Origin: Octopus sinensis
Taxonomy: Eukaryota
DNA: 64,000 nucleotides
Direction: 5' to 3'
NCBI RefSeq assembly: GCF_006345805.1
Contig: NC_043010.1
Span: 7,812,001 to 7,876,000, forward strand
Below the pieces are notes generated by a model that was not told the DNA's origin, did not search any database, and was given only the letters and a program-made list of their open reading frames with translations. The position numbers and the translations under genes are program-made. Shown here piece by piece: positions 1 to 13,869 of the stretch. Position 1 is the first letter of the stretch, and each line of letters opens with the position of its first letter.

Positions 1-300
1 TTTACTTGTCATATAATGTGCGTCTGAAGCATATTTTTCTTTTTAAATGCTAAATGAAATATCCAAGTTTTGTAAATATCAATATGTTATAAATACAAAT
101 AATTTATGAAATTATGTTTCAAAACTATATATATGTATAAAAAAAAAAAAAGAAAATTTATTAGAGAAATCTGCTGGGATTGAATTACTTGCAGAAGCAG
201 TAAATGACTATACGAAAATTGATTTGATTTAGTTTCAAGACTAAGACATAACTAGAGTAACATAACAGATACTTTCTTCATTTCTCTTCATTATACCTAA

Positions 301-695
301 CTAGCAGTATCGCCCGGCGTTGCTCGGGTTTGTAAGGGAAATAACTATATAAGCATTTTTAGAGATGTAAAGTATAATAGCCATCTCAATATGGCTAACC
401 ACAAAGGTGGGGTGTTACTGTAGCTTTTTACATTCCGAGATTTAATAATAAACTTTTAGAGAGTTACTTCTCTTATATATGCCAAAAATGCATTAAAAAT
501 GGGAAAAATTGATGGTAATTTTTTTTTAAATTGTAGACTCATCGTAGACGCGCGTTAATACCCAGAAGGGCTCGATATGAATCACGACTATAAGATACCC
601 GGTTTTGGTTAAACTGCACCGCAAAATGTGGGAGTAGTTAGGAATCTAAATCATAGGAGACAGACAGCACACAACCTCACTTTTATATATAAAGT
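301..695 (-). mobile_element. Non-autonomous Helitron-type element
   Basis: Minus-strand 3' end has a GC hairpin (CCCGAGC-AAC-GCCGGG) 8 nt before a terminal CTAG followed by T. The 5' end ACTTTATATATAAAAGTG resembles degenerate TC-starting Helitron termini. Confidence 0.7.
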
Positions 696-792
696 TATGC
701 TATTACAGTTGCTACTGCAGTAGTTGAATACCCAAACAAATACTTTGCAGTCTATAATTTTACCTCTCTTAACTCTAAGCTAAGATCTCACA

Positions 793-793
<1 letters not shown>

Positions 794-879
<86 letters not shown>
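794..879. repeat. (TAG)n microsatellite
   Basis: Perfect TAG array. Confidence 0.95.
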
Positions 880-1402
880 CAGATGCAGCAGCAGCCATTC
901 AAGAATTTGGACCTGGAGATCGCCATTTCCAGCGACTTTGAGGGCCACCTCCCAGTGGTGTCGGGCGTCAACGAAGAGCCCTTGACTACAACAAAACGAC
1001 CAAAGTTTTTTTTTTTCCAAGGTCTGGGGTCTCCTGCCCCTAAGCCCTAGACCATCACCTAATCACCCTTACCCGTCTTGTTGCTTAACAACAACAACAA
1101 CAGCAGCAGCAGCAGTAGTAGTAGTAGCAGCAGCAGTTGTTTTGTAATTTTTGTTGTTTAACCCCTGGTCTGCTTTGATTGAGTCTGTCCAGTGATTAAA
1201 AGCCTTCCCCTTGCAGCCATTACATCTACCCAATGTGCTTTTCCATATTTAAAATAGTATGGGATTGTGATTTAAGAGGAGAGAGAGTAGAGGTCCCTTT
1301 GCACTTGTGCAGTTGCTGTTGTTGTCACTGTTGCCGTTTAACCCTTACTTAGGTATTTCTAGCAAGTCAAAAAGAACACAACTTGGACTTGCAGTTAATA
1401 AA

Positions 1403-1634
1403 ATATCTGGCAGAACCGTTAGCTTGCCAGGCGAAATGCTTAGCAATATTTCATCTGCCACTACATTCTGAGTTCAAATTCTGTCGAGGTTGACTTTGCC
1501 TTTCATCCTTTTGGGGTCGATTAAATAAGTACCAGTTACGCACTGGGGTCGATATAATCGACTTAATCCGTTTGTCTGTCCTTGTTTGTCCTCTCTGTGT
1601 TTAGCCCCTTGTGGGTAGTAAAGAAATAGGTATT
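1403..1634 (+). mobile_element. tRNA-derived SINE family B (most abundant repeat, roughly 20 or more copies or fragments in the window)
   Basis: GAGCTGGCAGAA..TTAGC head, GAGTTCAAATTC B box, conserved GACTTTGCCTTTCATCCTTT..GGGGTCGAT..AAGTACCAG core resembling Nin/MESC-type SINE central domains (not verified). Confidence 0.85.
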
Positions 1635-2074
1635 ATATATATGGAGGCTATTGACAATATACACTTTGTAAATCAGTACTATGAATAAAAAAATTCAAAA
1701 CAGTATAAGTCCTTTGTAGTTTGTTTCATTGTTGCTGTTTTGCCCCATTTCAGCCCTAACTGAGCAGACCTATGATCAAAAATATTTAAGCCATGACTTC
1801 CCTATATTTTCAGACAAAATTCATAGTTTACAAGCATAGTTCATTTTGGAGTACATCATCAACTATGTCCTTCCTCTTAAGAAAAAAAAATACTGGAAGT
1901 GAATTGAGAGATATTTAACTATTATTTCTATTAGACCCAGCAATCCTGTTAAAGTTTCATCTCTGAAATATCATCTCATATATAGTTTTGGCGGATTTGT
2001 AAAGCTTTAGAGAGGCAGATAAAGTACTTGAGAGTTTCTAGTTATGGTCCTTTATATTCTGAATCAAAATTTCT

Positions 2075-2950
2075 ATTTCTTTCCTACCCACAAGGGACTA
2101 AACACAGAGGGGACAAACAAGGACAGACAAACAGATTAAGTCGATTACATCGACCCCAGTGCATAGCTGGTACTTAATTTATCGACCCCAAAAGGATGAA
2201 AGGCAAAGTCGACCTCAGCAGAATTTGAACTCAGAATGTAACGGCAGACGAAATACGGCTACGCATTTCACCCGGTGTGCTAACGTTTCTGCCAGCTCAC
2301 CGCCCTTCTGAATAAAAATATCATTGAGGTCAACTTTGATGTTCACTTCATGAAATTGATAAAATACAATATCATTGCAAATATTGGGGCTTACTGAATC
2401 AGCTAACACCTTGCTCTACAAAATATCTATGACCTTGAGCCTATAGAAGAAATGGTATTAATGGTATTTTTTTGTGTGTGTGTTGGTTTGACCTGAAGAA
2501 GGAGGTTGTATCCATGGCTTTGCAAGCTTTCCATGACTGGAAATAATAAAAATAATCATTTCTACTGGAATCACAAAGCTTCTAATTAGGGGGACGGGAT
2601 TAATTCAATTACATCGACCCCAGTATATAACTGGTACTTATTCAATCGACCCTGAAAAGATGAAAGGCAAAGTTGACTTCGGTGGAATCTGAACTCAGAA
2701 CGTAGCAGCAGATGAAATACTTATTTCTTTATTGCCCACAAGGGGCTAAACATAGAGGGGACAAACAAGGACAGACAAGGAGATTAAGGCGATTGCATCG
2801 ACCCCAGTTCATAACTGGTACTTAATTTATTGACCCCAAAAAGATGAAAGGCAAAGTCGACCTCGGCGGAATTTGAACTCAGAATGTAGTGGCAGACATA
2901 ATACCGCTAAGCATTTTGCCTGGTGTGCTAACGATTCTGCCAGCTCAATG
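2075..2950 (-). mobile_element. Cluster of family B SINEs (2075-2295; tandem pair 2590-2950)
   Basis: Reverse-complement matches to 1403-1634. Confidence 0.8.
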
Positions 2951-3729
2951 CCTTGGTAAAATAAAAAAATAAGAAATGCATCTGATGGCCATGTATTCCT
3001 GATGAAACAATAGTGAAGAAGTGCTTCTGTTTTCTCTCAATAAATGCATATACACACACACACACACACACAGAGAAACGAAAAGTACACACTCACACAC
3101 ACATATATATATGCATATGCACACACATATGTATGTGTGTGTGTGTGGGTATGTATTTGCAATGCATAAATAATATGATAACGAAACGGAAACTAGTACC
3201 AAATGTAATTATTTTAAAAAATAAAAAGATATCAAATACAAGTAAAAGACAAATAAATAAATATATAAATATATTCAGACGTGATTGAGCACTGATAGAT
3301 TTTGGTAGCAGATTTTTCTCTCTACTTTTTCATTATTACATTTCTATCTCTTTTACTTTCTCTTTCTCTCTCACTCTTTCTCGCACTCTCTTTTACTCTC
3401 TCCCATTTTCTTTTTCTTTTTTTTTTTTTAATTTTTATTTTGTGACTAGTGGACATAAAAACACATACAAAAACACATACAAAAACACATACAGAAAGAC
3501 ACATGCTCGGCAGATTTGACAGGAGTGTAATTTAAATGAAATATATGTGATGGAAATAATAGTTACAGATTTGATCAGAGTAAAGTAAATTAAGAATTAA
3601 TATCATTTCCTTAATGAATTAAAAAAAAACGGCAAGCATAGTATTACAAAATAGAAAATAGAAAAATAATTTGTATCATTTAATGTGACAGAATCCATGT
3701 CACTTCTGTTATTTCTGAAACACAGACGT

Positions 3730-4080
3730 GTACACATACATACATACACACATACATACACACATACATACATACATGCATACATACATACATACATACA
3801 CACAGACATACATACATACACACACACATACATACATACTACATACATGCATACACACACATACATACACACATACATGCATGCATACATACATACATGC
3901 ATACATGCATACACACACACACACATACATACATACATACATACATGCATGCATACACACACACATACATACATACACACATACACAAACAATACATACA
4001 TACATACATACATGCATACACACACATACATACATACATGCATACACAGACATACACACATACATATATACACACATACA

Positions 4081-4111
<31 letters not shown>

Positions 4112-4200
4112 GCATACATACACACATATATGCATACACATATGCATACATACATGCATGCATGCATTCATACATGCATGCATGCATTCATACATGCATA
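3730..4200. repeat. Compound (CATA)n/(CA)n/(CATG)n microsatellite
   Basis: Direct reading; source of the H/T/Y/I and C/M/V/Y ORFs. Confidence 0.95.
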
Positions 4201-4384
4201 CAAACATTCAGACGTACAAACATACGCCACAAGCAACAATAAATAGAAATACAAGCCAATGAGAAGGCCTCTATGTGGTTCCTACAACTGGTAGAAATAG
4301 TGGTTTAATCTCCCTCAAAACACACATTTCACCATCTTAGAAAAAGGGTAAAAAATATCAGATGAAACACACCTGCATGAATGT

Positions 4385-4710
4385 GCATCGCTCAGTGATT
4401 AGCACATCAGACTCACAATCATGAGATAGTGAGTTCGATTCCTGGACCAGGTAATGTTCTTAACCAAGGCACTTTATTTCACATTGCACCAATTCACTCA
4501 GCTGTAGAAATGAGTTGCGACGTCACTGGTACTAAGCTGTATCAGCCTTTGCCTTTCCCTTGAATGACATTGGTGCCATGGAGAGAGGAGGCCGGTATGC
4601 ATGGGCGACTGCTGGTCTTCCATAAACAACCTTGCCTGGACTTGTGCCTTGGAGGGGAACTTTCTAGGTGCAATCCCATGATCATCCATCACCAAATGGA
4701 GTCTTTATCC
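4385..4710 (+). mobile_element. tRNA-derived SINE with CORE/V-like central domain
   Basis: GTGAGTTCGATTCCTGG B box followed by CAAGGCACTTTATTTCACATTGCACCAATTCACTCAGCTGTAGAAATGAG. Confidence 0.6.
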
Positions 4711-7134
4711 TTTACACCTACATTGATCAATGGTCAGTTTGATGAGGTTTGATGTAGGGCTACACCCCCAGAAACAAGATGCAATAAAAATGAGCATCTT
4801 TGTTGTCATCCAACATACTAAAAACAGTAGCCCTCATCATACTACTACAATCTTTAAAGGATAATTCCATCTGGATTATATCTTTGAAAATAGATGACAG
4901 GATAGTCATGGATGGAATACCATGGATCATAATTTTATCGGGTCAGAGCTGAATTGATGTTGAGCAACAACAATACAAAGGATTTAAATCAATAAAAGTA
5001 CTTTTATGTGATTGTGGAGGCACATGGCCTAGTAGTTAGAGCAGTGGACTCGCGGTCGAAGGATCGTGAGTTCGAATCTCAGACCGGGCGATGTGTGTGT
5101 TTATGAGTGAAACACCTGAGCTCCACGGGGCTCCAGCAGAAGGTAATGGTGAACTTCTGCTGACTCTTTCGCCACAACTTTCTCTCACTCTTTCTTCCTG
5201 CATCTTGCAGCTCACTTGCAACGGACTGGCGTCCCGTCCAGATGGGGAACCTGTATGCCATGGAAACCAGGAAACCGGCCCTTATGAGGCAGGCATGGCT
5301 CAAGAAGGAACAAACAAAACAACCTTTATGTGATTGCTTGACCTGTTTCAAACAGTGACCATGTTCCCCTCATATTAGACTTAATTGTTCAATAAAGGTA
5401 AACAAGGACTAATGTAGCCACAGGTACACAATGCCTAAGAGGATTAACTGGTTATGTCTATAACATCTATAATCATGAGTCTATATTTTCAGGGCTGATT
5501 GAGGGACTACTGAGTAAACCCATCATTGAAGCTGTTTTAATCCTACCCTTGACACAACAAAACATTGTGAATAGGACAGCTTGGAGAGAAAGACGGCTGT
5601 GCTAGCAAAGGGCTGCACAAGTGAAGGGCTGCACTAGGAAAGGGCTGGCATGCATTATAAGCTACACAGATTGGAATAACATGAACTGAAGGGTTTTCTT
5701 CAAAGACACAAAGCACTACCTTAGCAGTAAACAACATATCGAATTCAAATTTTGGCACAAGGCCAGCAATTTCAGGGGAGGAAGTAAATCAATTACATTG
5801 ACCCCAGTGCTCAACTGACACTCATGTTATTGACCACAAAAGGATGAAAGGCAAAGTAGACTTCAGTGGAATTTGAACTCAGAACATGAAGGCAGATGAA
5901 ATACTACTATGCATTTTACCTGGTGTGCTAACAATGCTGCCAGCTCGCTGCCATAACAGTGAACAACATATTAATGGCCAAATCATAAGATAATTTTTCT
6001 TTTCATTTCTTAAATGTCTTTTAATATATAACGCAGTTAATATATCAAAATCTAGAATAAATATACAAATATTCGATCCATTGAATTTCGATTCTTCTGC
6101 TAGTTCCAAGTATTGAAAGTGTCTAGCTGAGAAGAATTCTATCACATTCCTTGGCAAAAAAAAAAAAAATAAAGTAACAAAGAATAGCCACTTTACTTTG
6201 TTCAAATGTCTGTTAATGAAAAGTTCATATCTACTGCATAACTATGCTACTAATTTGATATGTTAATTAAATCTGCACATTAAAATATTGAATGTTCCTT
6301 GTATCATTTTTGGTTAAGTAGACTTTACAAAACTACTGAAGTGCTTTATCTGCGATACTAAATCAAGAAGTGACTGTGACAGATCTTTTTCAGTATTATC
6401 GAGATAATTCAAATATTTAAAATTTCAAATCATGCAGAAAGTAAAAGAAAAGAAGACTTTTATAGAAAATTCCTGAACATTTTTTATCAATATAATTTTT
6501 TATCAATTTTATGTGAAGTTATCAATGTAACTCACACAGGTTTTTTAAACAGAAACCATACTATTTGACATGAACTAATACAATCTCTAAAAGTATATTT
6601 CACCGCAGCATCATCATCATCACCACCATCACCACCACCAGCATCAAGATCATGATGATGACCACCACTACTACCAACTACTACCACTACTACCAGCAGC
6701 AGCAGCAGCAGTAACACTGCCACCACCATCATCACCACCACCATCATCACCACCACCACCATCACCACTACTACTACCTATTTCTTTATTATCCACAAGG
6801 GGCAAAACATAGAGGGGACAAACAAGGACAGATATAGGTATTAAGTCGATTACATCGACTCCAGTGCGTAACTGGTACTTAATTTATCATCCTCGAAAGG
6901 ATAAAAGGCAAAGTCAACAGCAACAACTGTGGACCCTGAACATTACTGATTCGAGTTTTAGAACTCATAGGGTCAGTTACTATGTTTCCACGGTGTATAA
7001 GTGACCGAGATCACAAGACTACTCCTAAACAGGATGCAAGTTCCACCATAGGGTTACTCAGTTACAGCTGAATAGAATGGAACAATGAGAAATGAAGTGT
7101 TTTGCTTAAGAACATATATATATATGTATGTGTG

Positions 7135-7186
<52 letters not shown>

Positions 7187-7208
7187 GTATATATATATAT
7201 ATGTATAC

Positions 7209-7251
<43 letters not shown>

Positions 7252-7730
7252 TAAATATTATAATCAAGGATACCAGACAGTACCAGCATTGCTAGAAATA
7301 AGAGTCAAAATGACTCAAGAACTAGTTATCACTTATACACCCTGGTGAATTCGAGGAAATGAGTAAATAGAAAAACCAACTTATGCACACATGTACGCAC
7401 AGACACATACATGCACACACACACATACACACACACACACAAGCATGCACACATACATATGTATGTATATGTACATCTCATCTATGTGTGCCTGTCTTTG
7501 ACTGCATTTATCACCCCTCCAACAGCTAGACCAACAAGTGCAACTTACATCCCCATAACTTACCAGTTTGGCAAAAAAGACTGATAAAATAAGTACCAAA
7601 CTTAAATAAGATATAAGTAATGGATTGATTTGATTGACTAAAATCCTTCAAGGTAGTACTCCAGCATGGTCACAGTCCAATGTTTGAAACAAGTAAAGAT
7701 AAAAGGTATACTCTCTCTCTCTCTCTCTCT

Positions 7731-8150
7731 CTTTTACTCTTTTACTTGTTTCAGTCATTTGACTGTGGCCATGCTGGAGCACCGCCTTTAGTTGAGCAAA
7801 TCAACCCCAGGACTTATTCTTTGTAAGCCTAGTACTTATTCTATCGGTCTCTTTTGCTGAACTGCTAATTTACGGGGATGTAAACACTCCAGCATCGGTT
7901 GTCAAGTGATGTTGTGGGGACAAACACAGACATACACACACACACACACACACACACATATCTATCTATATATATATATATATATATATACGACGGGCTT
8001 CTTTCAGTTTCTATCAACCAAATCCACTCACAAGGCTTTGGTCGGCCTGAGGCTATAGTAGAAAACACTCGCCCAAGGTGCCAGGCAGTGGGACTGAACC
8101 CGGAACTATGTGGTTGGTAAGCAAGCTACTTACCACACAGCCACTCCTAC
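7731..8150 (-). mobile_element. tRNA-derived SINE family A (CORE-like domain, internal (TA)n/(TG)n)
   Basis: A box TGGCTGTGTGG, B box GGTTC(A/C)GTCCC, CCTTGGGC-type CORE-like segment, tail AAACAAGTAAAAGAG repeats. Confidence 0.85.
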
Positions 8151-8924
8151 CTTGAAAACGTTGTCCTGTTCATCTCTAAATTAGGCTTCAATGATTCTAC
8201 CTATTATTTCTCGTTATAACACACAGGCAACCTATATCTGACAATTGCAGTGAATTGAAAAGTAACATTCTTGAAATTACTTCAAATGTTTTCGAGAACA
8301 TACTTTTCAATTTAAGCAATGAAGAATTTCTTTAAAAACATTTAAAATCTTGAAGCTAAATTCCAGAGACTTATAACTGAATTTATTTTCTGAATTACAT
8401 TACACAGGAAATAGTAGCATTTCCTAATTAAATTGTTGTCTATCTTGAATATAAGCACTGAAAGATCTTAGTTTCATGTTACCTCTTATTACTGAGAAAT
8501 AAAAAGATTATATTTCTTGATGTTCAGGAATGATTAGCCTGAAATGAACTCCACAAGCAGACTGGTGTATTTGATTGTTTCTCTTACATAGGTAATCTAA
8601 TTAGTGCTGGAATTTGTGGTGTATAACAGGTAAGGTAAGAAAGAGAGATATAAGTTTGTTTCCACTTTTGGTAAAAAGGAACTTCACTCACTAGACAAAA
8701 AGCAGTCTATTTGAAGTATGGGGAAGAATTTCAAAAGATAAAGGGAAATGAAGTGGGCATAATTTGTTGGAGGTGTCTTGTTAACTACCAGGTACAGTGT
8801 AACACTATTGAATCGAGTAAAAGAGATTGGCTTTCAAAACATTGTTTGTTGTATACAGGTGAGATAACCATACCGATAATGTAGTTGCACAATGAATGCT
8901 GTGGGGAGAAATGTTACATATATA

Positions 8925-9296
8925 CTCTTTTACTCTTTTACTTGTTTCAGTCATTTGACTGCGGAGCACCGCCTTTAGTCGAGCAAATCGACCCTGGGAC
9001 TTATTCTTTGTAAGCCCAGTACTTATCCAATCGGTCGCTTTTGGCGAACCGCTAAGTGACGGGGACGTAAACATACCAGCATCGGTGTACACACACATAC
9101 ATACATATATATATATATATACATATATACGACAGGCTTCTTTCAGTTTCCGTCTACCATATCCACTCACAAGGCTTTGGGTCGGCCCAAGGCTATAGCA
9201 GAAGACACTTGCCTAAGATGCCAACGCAGTGGGACTGAACCTGGAACCATGTGGTTGGTTAGCAAGCTACTTACCACACAGCCACTCCTGCACCTA
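8925..9296 (-). mobile_element. SINE family A copy
   Basis: Same head, body and tail as the other family A copies. Confidence 0.85.
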
Positions 9297-10120
9297 TATG
9301 CTTATAAACTGTTTCTAATATAGGAACATGATCAGCTTGACTACTATTTTATTTCATTGCCTCTGCAGGGATGAAAGGCAAAGCTGACTTTGGTAAGGCT
9401 TGAACTCAGAATGCAAAAAATAAAAATAAAAAAATAAAAAAACGGAAGAAATGATTCAAAACATTTTTGTTGGTGTTTTAATGCTTTTTCTAGCCTTCCA
9501 TTTTTTATATAGGCTAATAATAAAAGATATCCATGACATAGAAAGACTGATAAAAAATGGTTTTATGATTAGCCTTTAAGTCTCATGACCCATGCCAGCA
9601 TGGAAGAACAGATGTTAAAAACATTGTCATCACCACCATCATAATCATCAACATCACCACCACCACCACCACCACCACCACCACTCCCACTACCACCACC
9701 ACCACAACCACCACTATCACCATCATCAAGTAAGGTGGATAAGCAGAATCTTAAGACATGAAACAAAATGCCTTGCATTAGTTAGTTATAACTTGGGTTC
9801 ATTTTTAGTATTCTTATTTGTGAGAGCAGTCAAGTTTATTTCAGATATTCTCCTTTTAAAAATCATCTCTGGATAATAGTTGAGAGGACGTTTGTGTTGC
9901 CTTGGCAGAGGTTTGTGCCCTCTGAGTGCTCTTGTTGTTATGATGAAATGCTTAGTGGTATTTCACCCATCGATATGCTCTGCATTCAAATTCTGCTGAG
10001 GTTGACTTTACCTTTCTTCCTTATGGGGTCGATAAAATAAGTGCCAGTTGACCGCTGGAATCAATGCAATCGACTCATCCCCACCTCCTGCAAGCTACCC
10101 TGTGGCAAAAATTTGTTGTT

Positions 10121-10156
<36 letters not shown>

Positions 10157-10174
10157 ATAATAATAATAATAATA

Positions 10175-10207
<33 letters not shown>

Positions 10208-10723
10208 GAGTGAGCGAGCAGAGCATGCCATCAAAGTGACACTGGGGTAAAATATACGAAGCCCAGTATACCCATCATGACTACCCGTCTGATAAGGGTA
10301 CACCAGGCACATGCATCACAACCATATGTGCGTGACATGGTGATCTCATATCAAGATAAACAGCACATGACCTTGCAGGTGGGGCCTGGTTAGAATTTTC
10401 TTCAGATCGAGTAACCCATCCCGCTCAAAAGGTCCCTGAATAAGGGTTGTTTAAGGACGTTGAACGAAACACCCATGTTTCCAGAGGTGAATTATTCAAA
10501 CCCCAAAGAATCCTTCTCAACACATGACTATGATGCTCCCCCACTACTTCTGCTCGTGATCAGAGATGCACATATCGTCAGCCACGAAGGGACATGCTCA
10601 ACTGGTTAAGGTCAAACAACTGACAAGCAAATCTGTGGTATTGAGCAGAATATTTGCTGTAGCCCATCTTTTATACCAAGACAAAACAATGTACATGATA
10701 ACACTTCAAAACAATGTACATGA
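10208..10723. mobile_element. ~520-550-bp non-coding interspersed repeat inserted in (TAA)n (family C), copy 1
   Basis: Near-full-length reverse-complement match to 61389-61937; both flanked by TAA/ATT arrays; partial copy ~58075-58260. Confidence 0.8.
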
Positions 10724-10731
10724 TGATGATG

Positions 10732-10790
<59 letters not shown>

Positions 10791-11034
10791 GGTGGTGAGT
10801 TGGTAGAGTCGCTAGCATACTGAACAATAATAATTAGCAGCATTTTGTCAATCTTTACAGTCTGAGTTCAAGCACCACCAAGGTTGACTTTGCCTTTCAT
10901 CCTTTTGGTGTGTGTGTGTGTGTGTGTATGTATGTGGAGGGGGGGTGTCGATAAATTTATGCACTGGGGTCGATGTAATCGACTGGTTCCCTCCCTACAA
11001 AAATTTCAGGCCTTGTGCTTATAATAGAAAGGAT

Positions 11035-11044
11035 TATCATCATC

Positions 11045-11085
<41 letters not shown>

Positions 11086-11171
11086 CATCATTATCATTAT
11101 TGTTATTATTATTATTGTTATTATTATTATTGTTGTTATTATTATTATTAATATTATTATTATTATTATTA

Positions 11172-11222
<51 letters not shown>

Positions 11223-12052
11223 CATCATTATTATTATCGTCATTATCACTATTGTTATTATTATTATCATTATTATTGCTATTGTTATTATTATTATTAT
11301 TATCATTAAGCAAATAGCAGCAGGAGAAATATTATTCTGTTGTTTCAATCTTTAATCAGAGTCTTCCAGAATTTATATTTTCTATTATAATCTTGAAATT
11401 TCAGCAGCCAGTTTTATAGATTTTGGTTGGATACATAAGAATTGCAATAAACGATATCTTTTAGAGTGAATGTGTTAATAATTTAGATATTATCATGATC
11501 TTTTATGCGAAAATACAGAAATAATTTATTAGGAGGTAGAAAAGTGTAGAAACAATCATTTGTATATTTTGTTATTTAATCTTCAACACATGAATACTGT
11601 GTAACTTGATAAAATGGAATTATTTCCAATATTTTCATTTTTTTTTTTTTTGTCTTTATTAGATGCAACTTTGGAATTGAATTATGTAAGTTTCTTGATG
11701 TAAACAAATTCAAATTTGCAATACTTTATATATGTATTTCTAGCACAGTAGGAACTAACTTTGGAATACCTTAAGCTTCGAAAAGCTATTAGAATTACAC
11801 TACAAATAAATGTAGGCTAGTGCAGGTGCTTTTCTTCAAACTTACCATATTTAGAATAGCACAGATGTCAATTGTTGACAACACCAACCAAAAATATACG
11901 TCAACCATCCTTTTGTATACTTCTGTGAAATATTGTGCAGAAACCAATCCTATGCATTTGGATGTAAAAGATGTTAATATCAACCTTGTCATTTCATCAC
12001 ATCGCGTCTCCTCCTTCTTCACAATTTTCTCTCTCTTTCACTCACTCGCTCA

Positions 12053-12098
<46 letters not shown>

Positions 12099-12223
12099 CT
12101 CTCACTATATATATATATTTCTTTCTCTAACACTCTTTCTCTCATTTTCTCACATATGCACATAATGCATAGTAAAAGAGTAAATAAAATAAATCTTTGT
12201 TGTTTTTGCTGTTATTATTATCA

Positions 12224-12289
<66 letters not shown>

Positions 12290-12316
12290 ACATTATTATC
12301 ATTACTATTATTATTA

Positions 12317-12410
<94 letters not shown>

Positions 12411-12492
12411 CATTATTATTATTATGTTATTATTATTGTTATTATTATTATATTATTATTATTATCATCATTATTATTATTATTATTATTAA

Positions 12493-12527
<35 letters not shown>

Positions 12528-12590
12528 TATATTATTATTATTATTATTATTATTATCATTATTATTTTTATTATTACTATCATTATTATT
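11035..12590. repeat. (ATT)n/(CAT)n/(CGT)n arrays (11035-11305 and 12215-12590) flanking a unique island
   Basis: Direct reading. Confidence 0.9.
11846..11960 (-). promoter_or_regulatory. Candidate second CCAAT promoter and short first exon on the Pcdh strand
   Basis: CCAAT at 11944-11948 in the same orientation as 34508; unique sequence ending in ATG|GTAAGT (intron starts 11845); GA-rich tract upstream (12000-12100). Confidence 0.3.
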
Positions 12591-13869
12591 ATCTTTTCTT
12601 TATAGTGCAGCAGTGCTGTATTGCAGTGTGTATGTATGGAAACCATTTTCTATATGAATTTGTATTAAACACTGAATTAATAAGGTTTTTGGTATTTCTG
12701 ACATTTGGAAAGGTATTAACACCTTTGCAAACATTTTTATTAACCTTTATTTGCTGTGTAATACTATTATCCTATTTTATCAGATTTGTTGATTTGGAGA
12801 AAGTAGTAGTAGTAGTAGTAGTAGTAGCAGCAGTAGTGACAGCAGTGGGGCTTTTGGTAGTGGCGATAATTGTCATATAGGATAGAGGTAGTAGTAGTGG
12901 TGGTGGTGTTTGTATCAGCAGCTACGATAATGACAGTGGTGCTTTGTGTGCTCAAGTTTTGCGATATCTTTAGTCAATGCATGCATGTAAGAGTGGGCTT
13001 TTCAGCTTTCGGTTTTTTTTTTCTTTTTGGTTTTTTTTTACTAACATTATTATATCGATGACATTTGAAAAATTATGATAATACTCTTTTTCAGTTTTAA
13101 TTTTGTTAGTTTTTTTTTTTTTTTTTTTTTTTTGTTTTTTTTTTTGTATTTTCATAAAATTTTCACTTCTGAAATCATGAGCTGAAGCAAATATAGTATT
13201 TTGAGAAAACTATGTTTGCCATTAATTAATCACAAATTCTGCCGATTAGTCACTTCTTTATTCGTTAATTATTTGTTTGTAGGATTCAGTAACTTCCTCA
13301 CACTCCTATGATAGCGAATTTTTCAATGCCTCTCTTCCTATATGATAGGTAGCATACAGAGGTAGTGCTTCGCTGCACCATGTAATATGATTATAAATTT
13401 TCAAACTATTAACTCCATCATTAAAACTAATGCATTTTTAATTTTTACATCTACACAACAAACATGGTTTTGCTGTTAAGAATTTCACTTTGTAACTACA
13501 TCATTTCACATATGATCCCACTGCATTGCACCTTGGAAAGTTATTTTCATTATTAGCCTTAGTTTCACCAATGCATTGCACATGAAATTTGGAAGAGAGA
13601 ATCACACAAAAGCCTGTTGTGTTTTGTATGTGTAACTCTGAAGTGACCTTCATAAGGGCCAAAAGTCATTTAAGACTAAATTGTTTTTGCAATCTATTGT
13701 TAAATAGCTAAATATCACATATGTGTTTATATATATTATATCATACCTAGGTTCTAAGTCGACTGGCCACTGATACTAAATACAATATTTAACTCTTATT
13801 AGCACCAGTTCTCTGGTGCTAAAATTTGATGTGTATATAAACACATTAGCTACTTGCTTCTTTGGTATT

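Noticed and set aside
3603-4262. Long H/T/Y/I and C/M/V/Y ORFs, and the similar low-complexity ORFs throughout (poly-I, poly-Y, poly-L, poly-T, SL/ER repeats)
   Set aside because: Translations of microsatellites; no non-repetitive coding signal.
11820-12605. 261-aa plus ORF
   Set aside because: Mostly microsatellite; the unique N-terminal part has no recognisable domain.
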